A stretch of 64,000 nucleotides of DNA. Origin: an uncultured delta proteobacterium. GTDB lineage: Bacteria > Desulfobacterota > Syntrophorhabdia > Syntrophorhabdales > WCHB1-27. The position numbers and the translations under genes were made by a program. Shown here in pieces: positions 48,046-56,900 of this stretch. Positions within the stretch are counted from its first letter, which is position 1. Each line of letters begins with the position of its first letter. The DNA lies in the NCBI GenBank assembly GCA_963810935.1, contig CAWEPK010000007.1:128001-192000 (forward strand). Reading direction: 5' to 3'. A model generated the notes under the pieces. That model made no database searches. It saw only the letters and a program-made list of their open reading frames with translations, and was not told the DNA's origin.

Positions 48046-49503
48046 ATGGCCAGAGAATACAAGATGTACATTGACGGTGAGTGGGTTGACGCCCTGGACG
48101 GCGCCGGATATGAAGACCTGAACCCTTATACCGGTGAGGTCTTCGCGCGGGTCCCGGCGGGAAAGCGGGCCGACGCGAAGCGCGCAGTGGAAGCGGCGGC
48201 GGCGGCATTTCCTGTATGGTCGGCCACCCTCCCGGCCGAACGGCAATCCTTGTTCCTGAAGGCAGCAGATATACTCGAAAAGAAACAGATGGAGATAGTC
48301 GCGGTCCTGGCCGAGGAGACGGGCTGCACCTTCGGCTTCGCCATGTTCCAGACGATGTTTACCCCCGGGCTTCTGCGCGAGGCTGCGGGGCAAGTCCATC
48401 AGCCCACGGGTGAGATCATCCCCGGTGACCTTCCGGGTGCGTTCAACATGGCCATCCGTCAGCCACTCGGAGTGATCGCGGGCATCGCCCCGTGGAACGC
48501 GCCGCTCATACTGTCGTTGCGCGCCATCTGCATGCCCATTGCCTACGGCAACACAGCGGTGCTGAAGCCTTCGATGGAATCGTCGGCAGCGGGGGGCGTG
48601 GTGATTGCAGAGGTCTTCCATGAGGCGGGCTTCCCGAAAGGCGTTTTGAATGTCGTTACAAACGGACCGGGGGGAAGCGGCGCAATAGGTGATGAGTTCA
48701 TCGAAAACCCAAAGGTGAGGCGCATCAACCTGACCGGTTCCAGCGAGGTTGGACGCCAACTGGCGGAGAAGGCGGGGCGCTACCTGAAACGAGTTGCCCT
48801 GGAGCTGGGAGGGCAGAACCCGCTCATCATCCTGAGGGACGCCGACATCGACGCCGCCGTCAATGCGGCTGCCTTCGGCGGCTTCCTTCATCAGGGTCAG
48901 ATCTGCATGTCCACCCGCAGGATCATCGTGGAGGCGCCGGTGGCTCACGAGTTTGTCGAAAAACTGGTTAAGAAAGTCTCGTCTTTCAAGGTGGGCGACC
49001 CCAAGGAACCGGACACTATTATCGGCCCCCTGATCAATCGGCACCAGCTCGGCAAGATCAGAAACAGCGTCGAGGCCGCCGTCCGCGACGGGGCAAAGGT
49101 CCTCTGCGGCGGTAAAGCGGAGGGACCGTGCTATCACCCGACCGTACTCACCAACGTCAAGGCCGGCACCTCTTTCTCGTGCGAGGAGACATTCGGCCCT
49201 GTCCTCTCGGTAATCGAGGTTGACAGCGTTGAGGACGCCATCGCGGCCGCAAACGACACGACGTACGGACTTTCGGCAGCCGTCTTCACGCGCGACCTCG
49301 CAAAGGGCATGGCCGTTGCCGGTAGGATCGAATCGGGAATAGTCCACATCAATGACCAGACGGTCCACGACGAACCGCAGATACCCTTTGGCGGCATAAA
49401 GGACTCGGGCTGGGGACGCTTCGGAGGCAAAGCCGCTCTTGAGGAATTCACCGAGCTCAGGTGGATCAGCGCGCAGCTCACGCCTCGCCAGTACCCGTTC
49501 TAG
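48046..49503 (+). CDS. Aldehyde dehydrogenase, benzaldehyde/vanillin dehydrogenase-like
   Basis: APWNAPL, LTGS, LELGG, F.HQGQICMS, EETFGP, HINDQTVHDE, SGWGRFGG. Confidence 0.92.
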   Translation: MAREYKMYIDGEWVDALDGAGYEDLNPYTGEVFARVPAGKRADAKRAVEAAAAAFPVWSATLPAERQSLFLKAADILEKKQMEIVAVLAEETGCTFGFAMFQTMFTPGLLREAAGQVHQPTGEIIPGDLPGAFNMAIRQPLGVIAGIAPWNAPLILSLRAICMPIAYGNTAVLKPSMESSAAGGVVIAEVFHEAGFPKGVLNVVTNGPGGSGAIGDEFIENPKVRRINLTGSSEVGRQLAEKAGRYLKRVALELGGQNPLIILRDADIDAAVNAAAFGGFLHQGQICMSTRRIIVEAPVAHEFVEKLVKKVSSFKVGDPKEPDTIIGPLINRHQLGKIRNSVEAAVRDGAKVLCGGKAEGPCYHPTVLTNVKAGTSFSCEETFGPVLSVIEVDSVEDAIAAANDTTYGLSAAVFTRDLAKGMAVAGRIESGIVHINDQTVHDEPQIPFGGIKDSGWGRFGGKAALEEFTELRWISAQLTPRQYPF

Positions 49504-49731
49504 CCGCGATAGAAGGTCAGAAGACCGGAAGGAACGGACCGATTTACCTTACCCTAACGCACACTGCGAAGGCAGATGGGTCCGGCCCATCCGCCTTCGC
49601 CCCTGCAACCCGGCTTCATCCGGAGAGACGTTTAAAAGAACGGAATGCGCGGCGTGACCTCGGGCAGTCCCTTTCTGCTCGAGTGCTGAGAGTACGCGGG
49701 GCAGGGACCTGCGGGGAAGAGGTTTCGGTTT

Positions 49732-49941
49732 CTAGTCTGCCGCGATTATAACGTTGCTTGCCTTGATCACCGCGTAAACTTCCTTCCCTTTCGAAATCTT
49801 TAGCGCCTCGGCGGACGTCTTCGTTATGATGGAGACGATCTCGGCGCCACCCGGGACCTCCACCACTACCTCTGAATTGACTGCACCGTGAGTAATGCTC
49901 TTGACCTTTCCCTTGAGAACGTTCCTTGCGCTTAGCTGCAT
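49732..49941 (-). CDS. mop: Molybdate/tungstate-binding Mop (TOBE, molbindin) protein
   Basis: AAGGAGG RBS; MQLSARNVLKGKV....GAVNSEV....IVSIITKTS...L....G.EVYAVIKASNV. Confidence 0.92.
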   Translation of the reverse strand: MQLSARNVLKGKVKSITHGAVNSEVVVEVPGGAEIVSIITKTSAEALKISKGKEVYAVIKASNVIIAAD

Positions 49942-50248
49942 GGGATCCTCCTTCAAGAATATGTTCTTAATAAACCATAATGCAACTAGTAGCATATGCA
50001 AGGGAATGGGAGAATATTCATTTGTTCTGCAGATAGGTAGTGACTCCCGAGTTCAATGGCCGGAGGGTTAACCTCCTCACACACGACGGCGCTGTGCCCC
50101 TCTCCGGCAAGCGTTATTTGTGGGTAACGCACAGGAGCGTGTTCGGCTCCATGAACACACAACCGTTCCGTGTCCTCTAATATTGCGCACTTACCCGTCT
50201 ACCCCGCAGCGTCTCCTTAACTTCAGTATCCCATAGTGAAAAATAGAC

Positions 50249-50304
50249 TTGACAAGCGGCGAGGCGGTCTGTAAACTTAGCGTTATTTCCTATCGGATAT
50301 AACG
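50249..50304 (+). promoter_or_regulatory. Sigma-70 promoter with ModE-type box 1
   Basis: TTGACA(50249)-N17-TAAACT(50272), followed by CGTTATTT-CCTATCGG-ATATAACG (50281-50304). Confidence 0.8.
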
Positions 50305-50364
50305 CATCCCGCCGCGTGGTTGAAGAAGGCGGCAATGCCGAATGATGAAAAAGGAGCGAGCATC

Positions 50365-50745
50365 ATGGGCCGAATACTTGATTCATTAACGCGTCTCTTG
50401 TTGCAGGAAAAGCTTCTCCGGAGGTTGTGCGGGGAAGTGGGCGAGACCGAGGCATCTGTTTGCGAGGTCCACATGAAGCAGGGGCAGGAATATAGGATCA
50501 GATGGGTGAGCCTTAATGGCGCCGGCCCGGTGGAGTTGTCGCTGAGAGCGGCCGGCGGCCGGGCGGTCCCCATTGTCGCTGATAAGAACGGGTTCGCCTT
50601 TGTTGCCCTTGAAGGAGGTGTCTACGAGGTCTGGGCAGGCTTACGGGCAGGCGAAGGCGGGCGCAAGCGGATCCCCGTCCAGATAACGGTTTGCTCGGTG
50701 TTTGCCCCGCCCCATTACGTAGAAAAGAACGTCTCCATGTATTGA
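50365..50745 (+). CDS. Hypothetical protein (126 aa)
   Basis: AAGGAG RBS before ATG 50365; own promoter with a ModE-type box; no family recognised. Confidence 0.6.
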   Translation: MGRILDSLTRLLLQEKLLRRLCGEVGETEASVCEVHMKQGQEYRIRWVSLNGAGPVELSLRAAGGRAVPIVADKNGFAFVALEGGVYEVWAGLRAGEGGRKRIPVQITVCSVFAPPHYVEKNVSMY

Positions 50746-50804
50746 GGCGAAAGGGCCGCAGGTCAGGCGCCCGCCAGTCGGCTTGCTAAAGCCCGGAGCC
50801 TTGA

Positions 50805-51546
50805 TTACCTGAGGATGAAGCCGTGTTTGATAAGGACCTTCCCGGCTTCTGCCGACTGTACGTACTTAAAGAACGCGGCCGCCTCGGGCTTGCCGACACC
50901 CCCGGCCGTCAATCCGACGGGATATGTCACGCGGGGGTACAGGTCTTGTGGCACCGTAAAAAGGATTTTCACGTTCCTGGCCATTTCGAGCGCATCCGTC
51001 TTGTAGACGAAGGCGCCGTCCACTTCGCCGCTGTCCGCATACGTGAGGCAGGCGCGTACGTCCTTTGCCATTATCATCTTGCCTTCAAGTTGCGAGTACA
51101 TGCCCGCTTTTTTGAGTGCTTCGACGGCGTATTGACCCGCGGGCACGCTATTGGGGCTGCCAATCGCTATCTTACTCAGTTTTGTAAGGTCTTTGAGCCC
51201 GCTCACCTTCAATGCCGGCTTGCCGACGAACACCAGGTCATTGTACGCGAAGAGCGTGGTATTCTTCTCACCTATAATCTTCTTTTCCTTCAGGTAGTCC
51301 ATCCATTCCGTGTTCGCGGAGAAGAAAAGGTCGGCGGGAGCGCCATTCTCGACTTGTTTGGCAAGGAAGCCCGACGCCCCGAAATTGTTCCGGAACGTTA
51401 TCCCTGCGTTCTTCGCCGAGAAGTTATTCTCCACGCTCGGTGAGGCTGGCAGCCACCGACGCGTAAATGTCCACGGCCGCCGCCGGGAAAGCAAAGAAGA
51501 TAACAAAAAATATCACGGTAAGGGACTTTAGAATGACTTTTCTCAT
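50805..51546 (-). CDS. modA: Molybdate ABC substrate-binding protein, frameshifted near 51435 (possible pseudogene)
   Basis: AGGAGG RBS; signal peptide and VAASLT in one frame; FGASG.LAKQVENGAPADLFFSAN, IAIGSP.SVPAGQYA, DVRA, GAFVYKTDA in the next frame. Confidence 0.88.
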
Positions 51547-51593
51547 CGCTTCCTCCTGAATTCGGAAAAAAGGGCCGTTGCATGTACAAGGCC

Positions 51594-51617
51594 TGTTATA
51601 TTTGATCATGCCTAACG
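51594..51617. promoter_or_regulatory. ModE-type box 2 (upstream of modA)
   Basis: TGTTATAT-TTGATCAT-GCCTAACG, ~48 nt upstream of the modA start; minus-strand TTGACT at 51630-51625. Confidence 0.65.
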
Positions 51618-51766
51618 TGGGACAAGTCAAGCATGAGCGCGGACATGCCTTCGACGTATTGGAAGACTTAACGGGCGTTTACTATGAAGATGGGCCGTCT
51701 GGTGGCGCATCCGACCAGGCGGCCCATTTGCTCGCGCGAATGACCTTCAGAGAACCGCTGGCCAAA

Positions 51767-53158
51767 TCACGGCTGGTACGCCCAGAAGTCGTTGTATACG
51801 TTGCCGCTGACGTCCTCTCCGCCGAACAGCCGGAAGTTGCCGGCCGAGTCGATCCAGGAGACGGGAGAATTCCTGCCCCCCGGCGTGGCCGCCGCCCCCG
51901 CGTAGCTGACTGACTGATTTATGGTATTGCTGCCCGACACCCAGGTCCATGTAGTGGTAGACGGGTCGAATGTCCAGAGGTCGCTGAGGTCGCCATAATT
52001 GCCGGCCGAATCGTAGCCGTATCCGCCGAAGAGCCAGAATTTGCCGGCAGAGTCGGTCCAGGAGGCGGACCAACCCCTGCACCCCGGCGTGCCCGTCGTC
52101 CCCGTCGTCGCGCCATAGGTGCCCGGCTTACCTTGAGTTTTGCCGCCGGAAACCCAGGTCCACGTGCTGGTAGACGGGTTGAATTCCCAGAGGTCGTTGA
52201 GGTCGCCATAACTACCCGTCGAATCGTGGCCGTATCCGCCGAAGAGCCAGAGGTTGCCGGCCGAGTCGATCCAGGAGATGGAGGCGTACCTGCACCCCGG
52301 CATGCCCGTCGTCCCTGTCGTCGCGCCATAGGTACCTGACTTACCTTCGGCATTGCCGCCGGAGACCCAGGTCCATGTAGTGGTAGACGGGTCGAATTCC
52401 CAGAGGTCGTTGAGATCGCCGCTGTTCGCCCCCGCATCCTCGCCGTATCCGCCGAAGAGCCAGAATTTGCCGGCAGAGTCGGTCCAGAAGGCGGGCCAGG
52501 CCCTGGCCCCCGGCATGCCCGTCGTTCCCGTGGTGGCACCGTAGGTGCCTCCCGTACCTATGTTCTTGCTGCCCGAAATCCAGGTCCATGTGGCAGCAGC
52601 GGGGTTGAATTTCCATAGGTCGTTGTATGTGGAGCCAGTGCCGTTATTTCCGCCGAAGAGCCATAAGTTGCCCGCCGAATCGGCCCAGGAGGCGGAGGCG
52701 AGCCTGGCCCCCGGCATACCCGTCGTGCCCGTAGTCGCGCCGTAGGTGCCTGAATGATTTACGGTATTGCTGCCCGACACCCAGGTCCATGTAGTAGTAG
52801 CCGGGTTGAATTCCCAGAGATCGTTGAGGACGCCGTTGTCGCCGACCGAATCGTAGCCGTATCCGCCGAAAAGCCAGAAGTTGCCTGCCGGATCGGTCCA
52901 GGAGGCGGACGTCATCCTGGTCCCCGGCGTGCCCGTCGTGCCCGTGGTCGCGCCGTAGGCGCCTGAATGATTTACAGTATCACTGCCCGACGTCCAGGTC
53001 CACTCATGAGGCAGGATTGTCTGGGAGGGAGAGGCAGCAGAAGGAGAGGCGGGGGAGGGAGAGGCCGTCGAGCCACCACCGCTGCCGCCGCACGAACAGA
53101 GCAACATGAACACGGAAAGAATTGCACACGACAGCGTAACACTTCTGGATGCCTTCAT
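51767..53158 (-). CDS. Kelch-repeat (beta-propeller) lipoprotein
   Basis: Lipobox LCSC-GG; Ser/Pro linker; six ~70-aa repeats WTWVSG....G.YGATTGTTG.PG.R....SWTDSAG.FWLFGG.G......NDLW.F.P. Confidence 0.9.
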   Translation of the reverse strand: MKASRSVTLSCAILSVFMLLCSCGGSGGGSTASPSPASPSAASPSQTILPHEWTWTSGSDTVNHSGAYGATTGTTGTPGTRMTSASWTDPAGNFWLFGGYGYDSVGDNGVLNDLWEFNPATTTWTWVSGSNTVNHSGTYGATTGTTGMPGARLASASWADSAGNLWLFGGNNGTGSTYNDLWKFNPAAATWTWISGSKNIGTGGTYGATTGTTGMPGARAWPAFWTDSAGKFWLFGGYGEDAGANSGDLNDLWEFDPSTTTWTWVSGGNAEGKSGTYGATTGTTGMPGCRYASISWIDSAGNLWLFGGYGHDSTGSYGDLNDLWEFNPSTSTWTWVSGGKTQGKPGTYGATTGTTGTPGCRGWSASWTDSAGKFWLFGGYGYDSAGNYGDLSDLWTFDPSTTTWTWVSGSNTINQSVSYAGAAATPGGRNSPVSWIDSAGNFRLFGGEDVSGNVYNDFWAYQP

Positions 53159-53309
53159 CCCTCATCCTCCTCGATCAGTTCCGGTAGCTAAGCTGTTTGG
53201 ATGCAATATGCAGGCTGCCGCGTCTGTCAGCGCACCGGTTTTACGGCTATATAATTGAAAGTTCCGTTCTATGCTCAGAGCGTTATGCATGTCGAAGAAT
53301 ACCGTTACG

Positions 53310-53333
53310 CGTTATATCGCATAGGATAGAACG
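53310..53333. promoter_or_regulatory. ModE-type box 3 (Kelch lipoprotein promoter)
   Basis: CGTTATAT-CGCATAGG-ATAGAACG, 3 nt downstream of a minus-strand TTGACA (53342-53337). Confidence 0.75.
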
Positions 53334-53398
53334 GCTTGTCAAGCTTTTTCTAATCCTTCTGTGAAAACTGTATTGACCGAAGAAAAAGCTTGACATGA

Positions 53399-53422
53399 CG
53401 TTGCTACTCATGAGATATAACG
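53399..53422. promoter_or_regulatory. ModE-type box 4 (TPS operon promoter)
   Basis: CGTTGCTA-CTCATGAG-ATATAACG, 3 nt downstream of a plus-strand TTGACA (53390-53395). Confidence 0.7.
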
Positions 53423-53914
53423 CTTAAGCTTTATGTCGCCCTGAGGAATAACGCCTGCGGAATGGCACTGGAAGACCAAGTCTGTCAGCCGTTATCGTAA
53501 TGCATCAACTCTGCGGGGCCGGAAATTGTGTATGCAGTCCGGCCGGTGATCCCGGACGTTCGGGCCACCCCCTTATCGAGGGAGTTGCGCCGGGGGTCAT
53601 GCGGAATGTTCGGTTATTTTTCGACCGCCCTGAGCCGGCGGCGGAAATCGTGTGGGCAACGGAAAGTAATAGATAAGAGGCAAGGTGGGACTGTTTTGAA
53701 GTCGGCGGCGTTCATCTCCGGCACAGCACAAAGGAAATTACCCGCACCGGCAAGCCTCATCCCGGCGTTTAAAGCGTCCCGTGGACAACCGTTTAAAATT
53801 TACACCCGGCCGAGTCCCGCAAGGATTTGCACTTTTAAACACCCTCGGCATCCGGGGAATTCGGATCGTGACGATTCTTGTTTTCTCAACCTGTAAGGAG
53901 CAAAGGAGGATGTG

Positions 53915-56900
53915 ATGAAGTGGATCAACCGGAAGGTGTTTAAAGAGAAGAAGAAGGATATCTCACTCGCCCTTGGCCCTGCTTTGGCTCTACGGTCTCC
54001 TTGCAACCCCTGCCCTTGCCGCCCCAACAGGCGGCGTAGTCACAAGCGGCGCCGCCGCCATAGTCCAGTCGGGCAATACAACGAACATCAACCAGTCCAC
54101 GAACAAGGCCTCCATCAACTGGCAGACCTTCAGCATAGCCCCGGCAGAGACGGTCAACTTCAACCAGCCTAGCATCTACGCCATCACCTTGAACAGGGTA
54201 GTCGGCAATGAGAGCAGTATCATCCAGGGGGCCCTTAACGCCACAGGCAGGGTATACCTTATCAACTCCAACGGCATCCTCTTCACCAAGGGGTCTAGTG
54301 TAAATACCTCAGGCTTCTTAGCCAGTACCCTGAACATAACGGATGCGGACTTCAACGCAGGCAATTACGTATTCAACGCCAACGGCTCTTTAGGCTCCGT
54401 AGTAAACCAGGGGACTATAACAGCCAACAACGGAGGGTATGTAGCCCTTCTAGGCAATACGGTATCCAACCAGGGGGTAATAGCAGCTACCAAGGGGACG
54501 GTAGCCTTAGCCTCAGGCGACCAGATAACCTTAAACTTCAACGGCAACTCCCTCCTTAACGTAACGATAGACCAGGGAACCTTAAATGCCCTGGTAGAGA
54601 ACAAGCAGGCCATCTATGCAGACGGGGGTACGGTAATCCTTACCGCCAAAGCAGCAGACGACCTCCTATCCGCCCAGGTGAATAACTCAGGGCTGATCCA
54701 GGCGCGCACTATAGACGACCTGAAAGGCAATATAAAGCTCTATGCGGATGGGGGTACGGTCAACGTGTCGGGCACGCTCGATGCCTCGGCTCCTAATGGG
54801 GGAGACGGGGGGTTGATAGAGACGAGCGGGAACAAAGTGAGCATAGCGGATAGCGCCATTGTAACCACCAAATCGGCCTACGGTACTAACGGCACATGGC
54901 TCCTGGACCCGGATGGGTTTACGATAGGGCTTACATCGGCAGACGGCGACATGACCGCCACCGCCCTCAACACGGCCCTCACCTCCGGCAATGTCACCAT
55001 CGCGTCTACCAGCGGGTCAGGGACCGACGGCAACATCAATGTCAATGGTGCAGTGACCTGGTCTGCCAATACCTTAACCCTGAACGCCACGAACAATGTT
55101 TATGTCAACGCGGTAATGACCGCCACGGGGACGGCGAGCTTCGCCGCCAACTACGGCTATCTGCTCAGCAACGGTGTCCCTACGACTACACCGAGCGGGA
55201 CGGGAAATGCCGATGGGACGCCGTATGGGCTTTACTGTTACCAGGGCGCTGCACTCGGCTCGTTCGTCGGCAGCGTCAATTTCAGCGGGATCGGGACCGT
55301 GATGTTGAACGGCCAGAACTACACCCTCATCAACGCCGCGACAACCACCGCGACAAATGGCGTGATGGCCTATGGACTGGATTACATCGCAAACAACCTG
55401 GCGGGGAACTACGTGCTGGGCAGCAACATCACGGGTTCCTGGACCGGCCCTATCTCGGCATCCGATTTTACAGGCAATTTCAACGGCTTCGGCCATACGA
55501 TCTCTTCACCCATCCTGACGGCAACTGGAGTGTTCGGCACTATCGGCTCCGGCGGAACGGTCAGCAACATCGGCGTCGTCTCCGCCACTGTCACCGCCGC
55601 CGCAAGTGGCGCAAGCACGGTGCCAGCCGTCGGGACACTCGCGAACTATAACCAGGGCGACATCATCAACAGCTTCGCCAGCGGCACACTGAATAACTCG
55701 AACATCACTAGCGCCGGCGGTTTGGTGGGCGCCAACTCCGGCCTGATCGCGCAAAGCTACTATGCGGGCCAGGTCTTCGCCGTGAATATCGCGGGCGGCC
55801 TGGTCGGCACGAACGCAAGCGGCGGGACGGTCCTCGACAGCTCGGCGCCGGGTTCGGGAGCCGCCTATTACGTCTGGAATACCTCCGGGGCCACAGGCAT
55901 CACCTATGTGGGCGGCCTGGTCGGCGTAAACCAATATGGCGGAACGATCAGCCGGTCCTATGCAGGAAACCTGATAAAGATGAGCGACACGACTTCCACG
56001 GCCGGTGCTTTTGTCGGGGAGAACAGCGGCTCCATCGACCAGTGTTACGCATACAAGTACAGCACGCTCGGTTTCCCCATAGGCCCCAATCTCGCAGGGT
56101 TCGTCTGGAACAACACCTCAACCGGCACGATCACCAACTCATATACCACGGCCCTTTACAGCAGCTCAACAAGCGCGAACTGGACAGCCGGCTTCGCCTA
56201 CGAGAACGAGGGCACGATCACGAACGCCTACGCCACCTCGTATTCCGCCGGCACCTTAAACAGCGCGCGATACGGATTCGTATACAGCAACACGGGCACG
56301 ATCACGGACGCCTACTGGTACGCATACACGAGTTCCGGCTCGACGCCAGTTACCGACACATCAGGCGCGACGAACCTGACCGCCACCCAGGCAGCTACCT
56401 TCTCAAGCTACACAGGGTTTGGCACCAGCGACTGGGCGGCCTCTAAATCCGGCTACCCCATCCTTGACAACCTCTTCGTATATGTGAGCAACAGCAGCAC
56501 CCCCACCTATGGCAGTGCCACGTCGACCATATCCACGCTGGGTCTAACGGCGCGGGGTCTACAGGGAGGAGGCGGCGCCGGCGGCGGCGGCGGCACAACC
56601 AGTCTGCTGGACAGCATCACCTCGACCACGTACAATCCGTTCACCGTAACGACGGACAACGGTTATGTAGATGCCGGTGTCTGGAAGGCTACGGCTATCC
56701 TGTCATCATCAACGCCATACGAGAACATCAAGGGCGTTGTCATGGTAAACCGCAAGGCCCTGACCCTTGCCTCCGGCACGGTTCAGAACAAGACCTACGA
56801 CGGCACCACGTCGGCGGCGTTCAACGGCACGCCGACCCTCAGCGGCTTCGTGAACGGCCAGACCCTCAACGTTACCTATACGTCCGCCGCCTTTGCCAGC

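Noticed and set aside
51800..53010. CRISPR-like periodic repeats
   Set aside because: The repeats are in-frame Kelch coding units with conserved intervening sequence; no unique spacers and no cas genes.
53244..53288. Additional ModE half-sites (GCTATATA; CGTTCTAT)
   Set aside because: Only one half matches, with no partner at the N8 spacing, so they were not counted among the four boxes.
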